A stretch of 64,000 nucleotides of DNA, from assembly GCA_963772255.1 (NCBI GenBank), contig CAVYWK010000029.1, positions 404,645-468,644 of the forward strand, given 5' to 3'. Made by a program: the position numbers and the translations under genes. Positions within the stretch are counted from its first letter, which is position 1, and the number at the start of each line of letters is the position of its first letter. A model generated the notes under the pieces. The model was not told where the DNA came from, made no database searches, and saw nothing but the letters and a program-made list of their open reading frames with translations. Below are positions 59,307 to 64,000 of the stretch, piece after piece. This stretch comes from an uncultured Acidobacteriota bacterium (lineage in GTDB: Bacteria; Acidobacteriota; UBA4820; DSQY01).

Positions 59307-60434
59307 GGGGCCCCTATCCGCGTGGGAGCCGGGGGATGGCCAAAGCGTTCGAACAGCTATTCGGGAACGAGGAGGAGTGCCACAGCCACTTGGTCCAACT
59401 CCGTTGGCCGAGGGGGTTTCGCTGTCCCCGGTGCGGCGGGCAGAAGGCGTGGCTCGTGCGACGCGACCTCTTCCGGTGCGGGTACTGCGACCATCAGGTG
59501 TCCGTCACGGCGGGGACCATCTTTCACGGCAGCAGGAGTCCTCTCCTGGTGTGGTTCAGGGCCATGTGGTACGTCACCAACCAACGGTTTGGCGTGAGCG
59601 CCCTGGGCCTCCAGAAGGAGCTCGATCTGGGCAGTTACCACACCGCCTGGGCTTGGATGCACAAGCTCCGGACCGCCATGGTGCGCCCCAACCGCGACCG
59701 TCTGGGCGGCAAGATCGAACTGGGAGTCACCTATATCGGCGGACATCAACCGGGCAAGCGGGGGCGCGGCGCCGGAGGTAAGGTCCTCGTGGTGGTCGTG
59801 GCGCAGGATGCGGGGCATCGCCTCGGAAGGATCCGGCTCAGGCGTATCCGCAACGCGTCCGCCGAGAGCCTGAATGCCGTGGTCCGCGATGAGGTGGAGC
59901 CGGGCAGCGTGGTTCGGACGGACGGGTGGAAGGGATTCAGCCGGATCGAAGAAATGGGTTACAAGCACATCGTCGTGCCCAAAGATGGAGATCCGGGCAA
60001 GCCACCCCTTCCCCTGGTGGAGCGCGTGGCGGGCATGATCGACGCCTGGCTTGCAAAATCACATCAGGGTGCGGTGCGGCCCTTGTACTTCGACTACTAT
60101 CTGGACGAGTTCACTTTCCGATTCAACCGACGAACCTGGCACTCGCGGGAGTCGCTCTTCCTCGCCCTCATTCAGCAGGCCGCCGCCGTGGCTCCGTTGC
60201 CCGTCGGGAAAATGCAGAGTCGTGAACACCTCGTTCCGCTTTCCGAGGTGGGCGCGGGACCTCCCAAACCTCCCGTTCGCATCAAAAAGACCGCACCCGA
60301 ATCGGCACCCCCCAAAGATGCGGGAGACCCATCTGCCTAAGCATCGAAGGGCATATCTCCACTTAACACCTTGATAAAAATGACCGCAACCAGCAAATCC
60401 TAGGCTGCCTGGGTGAATTCGCGCATCGGGCCCC
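59307..60434 (+). mobile_element. Tentative IS1595-family element; boundaries are uncertain
   Basis: A candidate imperfect terminal inverted repeat pairs GGGGCCCCTATCCGCG (59307-59322) with the complement of CGCGCATCGGGCCCC (60420-60434). No convincing target-site duplication was seen. Confidence 0.3.
59336..60340 (+). CDS. IS1595-family transposase (N-terminal zinc ribbon plus ISXO2-like DDE domain)
   Basis: Contains FRCPRCGGQKAW...FRCGYCDHQVSVTAGT and IELGVTYIGGHQPGKRGRGAGGKVLVVVVAQ...VRTDGWKGF. Confidence 0.85.
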   Translation: MAKAFEQLFGNEEECHSHLVQLRWPRGFRCPRCGGQKAWLVRRDLFRCGYCDHQVSVTAGTIFHGSRSPLLVWFRAMWYVTNQRFGVSALGLQKELDLGSYHTAWAWMHKLRTAMVRPNRDRLGGKIELGVTYIGGHQPGKRGRGAGGKVLVVVVAQDAGHRLGRIRLRRIRNASAESLNAVVRDEVEPGSVVRTDGWKGFSRIEEMGYKHIVVPKDGDPGKPPLPLVERVAGMIDAWLAKSHQGAVRPLYFDYYLDEFTFRFNRRTWHSRESLFLALIQQAAAVAPLPVGKMQSREHLVPLSEVGAGPPKPPVRIKKTAPESAPPKDAGDPSA

Positions 60435-60596
60435 TAGCCGGGCCTATCCCCTGTTTTTCCCTTGGTATTAGGCCGTATCGTCCTGATGTAGAAGACCGGG
60501 GGGGGCCCCTCTTCTCAATTTCTTTTCTTTCAGGGCCTGGACCTCTGACCTCAAGGCCGTCAAGCCTCCCCTGCAAGCTTCCTGGAGGAGGTGGGC

Positions 60597-61151
60597 ATGT
60601 CGGTGAATAGGGGGAGGGCCGCCATCAAGTTTCTCTTCTGGGCGATAGCGACGGTGCTCGTTTTCGCCTACGCCATCCGTTTCTACCGATCGGGGACCAT
60701 GGTTCATTGGTATTACTACAAGGCCAAGGCGGACGGGTTCGCTGTCAACACCAAGATGTTCAAGGACGCCTCCCCCGAAATGCCCGCGGTCCTGGACATC
60801 GGCGACTATGGGATCCTGGATGGGTTGAAAGCCACCCGGGTGAAAAAGGGTGATGTTCTGCCCACGGATGCGACGGGCGTCATTGACCTCAAGACGGTCG
60901 AGGAGGGCAAGCGCGTCCAGCTCCTCGGAAGCCAGCTCAAGGTCCTCATCCCGTGGCAATTCAAGGAGGCCAAGGGCTTCAAGTATAAGGACTCCTTCAC
61001 GCACAAGAACATTCGCACCAACCCCATGTCGGGCGTCTGGAACCTCGTGATGGTGGGCCTCATCGGTCTGTGCCTGGGCTACCTCGCCGAAGGGTTCACC
61101 GATCTCATCGGACTGAAATTCCACAAAATCGACCACACGGTCGGCCACTGA
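60597..61151 (+). CDS. Membrane protein (N- and C-terminal TM helices), putative partner of the long-type TSUP permease
   Basis: A GGAGGAGG lies before the ATG at 60597. The C-terminal motif GLCLGYLAEGFTDLIGLKFHKID matches the tail of the protein at 11728-12024. Confidence 0.6.
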   Translation: MSVNRGRAAIKFLFWAIATVLVFAYAIRFYRSGTMVHWYYYKAKADGFAVNTKMFKDASPEMPAVLDIGDYGILDGLKATRVKKGDVLPTDATGVIDLKTVEEGKRVQLLGSQLKVLIPWQFKEAKGFKYKDSFTHKNIRTNPMSGVWNLVMVGLIGLCLGYLAEGFTDLIGLKFHKIDHTVGH

Positions 61152-61164
61152 GGGGAGGGACGGC

Positions 61165-62241
61165 ATGTTTGACTTTCTCATCGCTGGCATCCAAGCCCCG
61201 GCCTTCCTGCTGGTCTTCACCGGCTTCACGGTGGGCGTCGTGGGCGGGTTCATCGGGGTGGGGGGCGGCTACATGGTGACCCCCGCCCTCATCGTGTTCG
61301 GCTTTCCCGGATACATGGCCTCGGGAATCGACATGACCCACATCGCGGGCAAGGGAATCGTTTCGACCGTTCGGCACAAACAACTGGGGAACATCGACTG
61401 GATCCTGGCGCTGAGTATGGTCGCCGGGACCATGTTCGGCGTGGAGGAGGGCATCCGCCTGCTGGGCTTCTTCAAACACCTGGGTCTCTCTACGATAGCG
61501 CTCCTCTCGGCCTCGGTCGTCCTCATGTTCTCCCTCTTCGTCTACACGCTGTTCGAGACGCTCAAATCGCACAAGCGCCTGGAGGAGATGGCGCGCGAGG
61601 GCAAGGCCCTGGCGCGGGAGGTGACCTCTTCGCGGCTTCCCAAGATTTTCCAGGGATTTCCCCTGGCGCCCATCGTCCGCTGCCGAACGGCCCGGGTCGT
61701 GGTGTCCATGTGGGTCATCGTGCTGGTCGGCGTCATCACCGGGGTCCTGGCAGGGTTCCTGGGCGTGGGTGGAGGCTTCATCCGGGTTCCCGCGCTCGTC
61801 TACATCGTGGGGGCGTCCACCCACATCGCGGTGGGCACCGACCTGGTGGAAATCGTATTTTCGGGAGCCTACGGGTGCCTGCGCCACTCCATCGAAGGCA
61901 ACGTGGACTTCATCGCCGTCATGTTCATGATCTGCGGGGCCATGTTCGGGGCGCAGTTCGGGTCCATCGCCACGGCCTTCGTTCGCGGCCCGGCTATCCG
62001 TTACATGCTCTCCTTTTCTCTGGCCCTGGCCACCCTGGGTGCGGGCTTGCCCCTCGCGAACCTCCTCATGGGCGGCAAACTCAAGGTTCTGGTGGCCCTC
62101 TCGGTCATCATCACACTGGGTCAGATGTTCTTCTTGTGCCTCTTCATCATCTCCTTGGTGTACTTCGCCTACCGCGCACGGCGGGGCCGGTGGGTGCCCG
62201 AGTGGGTGGTCCCGCTCCTGGTCCAGAACGCCACCGAATAG
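61165..62241 (+). CDS. TauE/SafE (TSUP) family permease, long type (358 aa), copy 5
   Basis: Contains GVVGGFIGVGGGYMVTPALIVFGFP and AGFLGVGGGFIRVPALVYIVG. It is the closest match to 10699-11718. Confidence 0.85.
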   Translation: MFDFLIAGIQAPAFLLVFTGFTVGVVGGFIGVGGGYMVTPALIVFGFPGYMASGIDMTHIAGKGIVSTVRHKQLGNIDWILALSMVAGTMFGVEEGIRLLGFFKHLGLSTIALLSASVVLMFSLFVYTLFETLKSHKRLEEMAREGKALAREVTSSRLPKIFQGFPLAPIVRCRTARVVVSMWVIVLVGVITGVLAGFLGVGGGFIRVPALVYIVGASTHIAVGTDLVEIVFSGAYGCLRHSIEGNVDFIAVMFMICGAMFGAQFGSIATAFVRGPAIRYMLSFSLALATLGAGLPLANLLMGGKLKVLVALSVIITLGQMFFLCLFIISLVYFAYRARRGRWVPEWVVPLLVQNATE

Positions 62242-62254
62242 GGGAGGATGAGCG

Positions 62255-62362
62255 ATGAAAAAACTTCTGGATAACATGTGGTTCTACGTCTTCCTCCTGC
62301 TGGCGGTCTCCATGGGGCTGTCCACCCTCGTCTTCGTGCTGTACATGCGCAACCTCGTGTAG
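62255..62362 (+). CDS. 35-aa single-TM peptide (not in the ORF track)
   Basis: GGGGAGGA is followed by an ATG. The peptide is MKKLLDNMWFYVFLLLAVSMGLSTLVFVLYMRNLV*. It begins 14 nt after the permease stop. Confidence 0.4.
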   Translation: MKKLLDNMWFYVFLLLAVSMGLSTLVFVLYMRNLV

Positions 62363-62371
62363 GAGGGAGCC

Positions 62372-62575
62372 GTGAAGAAGCTCTTCCAAGTTCTCGCCAA
62401 CCTCGTGCTCTACGGTGTCCTACTTTATTTCGCCGTGCACTCGACCTTCGTGGAGGCCGATCCCTGGTTCGCCTTCGTCGTCTGGTTCCTCCTGGCCGTG
62501 GCCTTGCTGATCACGCTGATCCCCGGTCTCCATGCGCGCGGGCTCTCGCCGGGCGAATATCCGTATGAAGATTGA
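62372..62575 (+). CDS. 67-aa two-TM small membrane protein
   Basis: A GTG start follows AGGAGGGAG. The protein is MKKLFQVLANLVLYGVLLYFAVHSTF...WFAFVVWFLLAVALLITLIPG. Confidence 0.5.
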   Translation: MKKLFQVLANLVLYGVLLYFAVHSTFVEADPWFAFVVWFLLAVALLITLIPGLHARGLSPGEYPYED

Positions 62576-63236
62576 CCCTCCGGGTCCTTGTCCGGAGGCC
62601 GAAGGATTGGAAACCAAGCTGGCGGCCCTCGCCGGGAAGCTCAAAGTGGGCGATGTGACGCCCAAGCGGTACGCCAAGGCGAGGCAGGATCTGCTCGCCC
62701 GGCTGGGGCGCGCCAAGCTCGCGCCGCGCCTCGAGGCCAACGAGACCGTCATCGCCGAGCACCATTGGGTTGAAGGGCATTCCAGGATCCCGGACTCGGT
62801 GCTGCAAGAAACGGCTCAGATTGCCGGAAGCCTCTACGCCACCGATCGCCGGCTGTTTCTCTGGCGATTCCAGGACCGGGGTGTTCCCGGCGCCGCCCTC
62901 CTAGAGGGTGCCGAGGAGACCCTGGACGAACGATGGTATCGCGACGTCCAATCCCTGGCGCCGTGCCGACAATGGCGCTGGGGCGAGGTCGCGGCGGGAG
63001 CGGTCATCGCCGCCGTCGCGCTGTTGCTTGCGGGCCACCTGAGGATGACCACCTATTTCCTCATGGGCATCGGCCTCTTCGGCGTTCTCCACGGGCTGCT
63101 GTTCCCCACGCGCTGGGTGGCCGTCGCCAGCCGGACGCCGGGAGAAGCGCCGTGGGCGGTCTGGGCCGCTCGCACGAAGAGCGGGCGGGAACTGCTTCGG
63201 GAGGTTGAGGCGAGAACGCGTTCTGAGCGAAGATGA
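62565..63236 (+). CDS. Hypothetical protein with a soluble N-domain and two C-terminal TM helices
   Basis: Contains MKIDPPGPCPEAEGLETKLAALAG...SLYATDRRLFLWRF...AAGAVIAAVALLLAGHL...YFLMGIGLFGVLHGLLF. It overlaps the upstream ORF by 11 nt. Confidence 0.5.
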   Translation: MKIDPPGPCPEAEGLETKLAALAGKLKVGDVTPKRYAKARQDLLARLGRAKLAPRLEANETVIAEHHWVEGHSRIPDSVLQETAQIAGSLYATDRRLFLWRFQDRGVPGAALLEGAEETLDERWYRDVQSLAPCRQWRWGEVAAGAVIAAVALLLAGHLRMTTYFLMGIGLFGVLHGLLFPTRWVAVASRTPGEAPWAVWAARTKSGRELLREVEARTRSERR

Positions 63237-63249
63237 GCAGGGAGAACCC

Positions 63250-63654
63250 ATGTCGCAGCCCCGATCGGTCTTGCTGGTGGACGACGAGGCCCTGTTCCTG
63301 GCCACCATGGCCAAGGTGCTCGGGCGCCACGGCCTGGGTGTGCATACCGCCCCCAGCGGAGAAGAGGCCCTGAAGATCCTTCAGACCATGGATCCCGATG
63401 CCGTCGTGTTGGACGTGAAGATGCCCGGCATGGACGGGCTGGCCACCCTCAAGGAGATCGTGCGCCTGCGCCCCCTGACGCCGGTCATCCTCCTCACGGG
63501 CCACGGCACCGTCGAAGAGGGCCAGGAGGCCATGCGGCTGGGCGCCTTCGACTTTCAGACCAAGCCGGCCAGCGTGGGCCAACTTTTGGAGACCATCGAG
63601 GAGGCCATCCGCTCGCGGGCGCTGGCCGAGGAAGCCGCCCGGAGGACCTCCTAG
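63250..63654 (+). CDS. Stand-alone receiver-domain response regulator
   Basis: Contains RSVLLVDDEALFL...AVVLDVKMPGMDG...LLTGHGT...FQTKP. Confidence 0.85.
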   Translation: MSQPRSVLLVDDEALFLATMAKVLGRHGLGVHTAPSGEEALKILQTMDPDAVVLDVKMPGMDGLATLKEIVRLRPLTPVILLTGHGTVEEGQEAMRLGAFDFQTKPASVGQLLETIEEAIRSRALAEEAARRTS

Positions 63655-64000
63655 ATGACCGCCGCGGCGACCCACCGCAAACATGCCACGCTGTACCGGC
63701 GCCTCCTGGAGAACATGCTGCTCATGTGCCTGGTTCCGCTCCTTCTCGTGGGCGGGGCCGCCTACGTGCAGTTCCAGCTCTATTCCACCAGGATGGTGCT
63801 GGACCAGCAGGAGCGCCTGGTGCTCAATCACCGGGATTTCATCGAGTCCTACCTCCGCGGCCGCAGCGCCGAGCTGGCCGCCATCGCCAGCCAGTACACC
63901 CTGGAACAACTGAGGCGCGGCGAACTGGAGCGGGTCTTCGCGGTGATCCAGCAGGGGGCCGGGATCTACACGGACATCGGGGTCATCGACGACCGGGGGA
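63655..64000 (+). CDS. Sensor kinase N-terminus (TM plus start of an extracytoplasmic or PAS-like sensor); the 3' end lies outside the window
   Basis: The ATG abuts the upstream TAG. The sequence MTAAATHRKHATLYRRLLENMLLMCLVPLLLVGGAAYVQFQLY...GIYTDIGVIDDRG stays open to the window edge. The kinase assignment is inferred from context only. Confidence 0.5.
   Translation, partial: MTAAATHRKHATLYRRLLENMLLMCLVPLLLVGGAAYVQFQLYSTRMVLDQQERLVLNHRDFIESYLRGRSAELAAIASQYTLEQLRRGELERVFAVIQQGAGIYTDIGVIDDRG

Noticed and set aside
59083-59781. A 232-aa ORF overlapping the 5' half of the transposase gene in another frame.
   Set aside because: It has no recognisable motifs and a low-complexity, R/G/P-rich translation. 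The overlapping frame encodes a complete IS1595-type transposase.

Overview
GC-rich bacterial window (well above 60% GC by eye) from a dissimilatory sulfate reducer; I cannot place the lineage. There are four parts. (1) 1-6 kb is housekeeping: ilvE 3' end, pilT, recX, alaS and an Asp/Glu racemase. (2) About 6.2-35.3 kb is a paralog-rich accessory region. It holds five histidine kinases (three share one sensor motif), four stand-alone receiver proteins, three PpsA-like phosphohistidine enzymes with a non-canonical C-terminal domain, and three cytidylate-kinase-like proteins with a BON-like C-terminus. It also holds four TauE/SafE (TSUP) permeases plus one decayed fragment, two of them paired with a signal-peptide/C-terminal-anchor protein, and a DUF202-like membrane protein with about 21 tandem RTxLAxx heptads. 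No DNA-binding regulator is recognisable anywhere in the window. (3) 35.5-58.7 kb holds a divergent CbiA/DsrN-like amidase, then one co-oriented minus-strand block of 21 genes. The order is aprBA, two Cys-rich proteins, qmoABC, dsrABD, a small helical protein, a dsrL-like gene, dsrC, dsrT-like, dsrMKJOP, a fourth cytidylate-kinase-like gene, and sat. (4) 59.3-64 kb has an IS1595-family transposase, then another TSUP module, a fifth receiver protein and the start of a sixth kinase. At least 16 single-base frameshifts interrupt otherwise well-conserved genes. Eleven of them fall in the 8 kb from dsrK to dsrA, while the flanking sat, dsrJOP, qmo and apr genes are intact. I think this is more likely an assembly problem than decay, but it needs read-level checking. 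The best candidates for undescribed biology are the repeated PpsA-like / kinase-like / TSUP / receiver-only signalling modules that wrap around, and in one case sit inside, the sulfate-reduction locus. Many long antisense ORFs in the track are GC-driven shadows.
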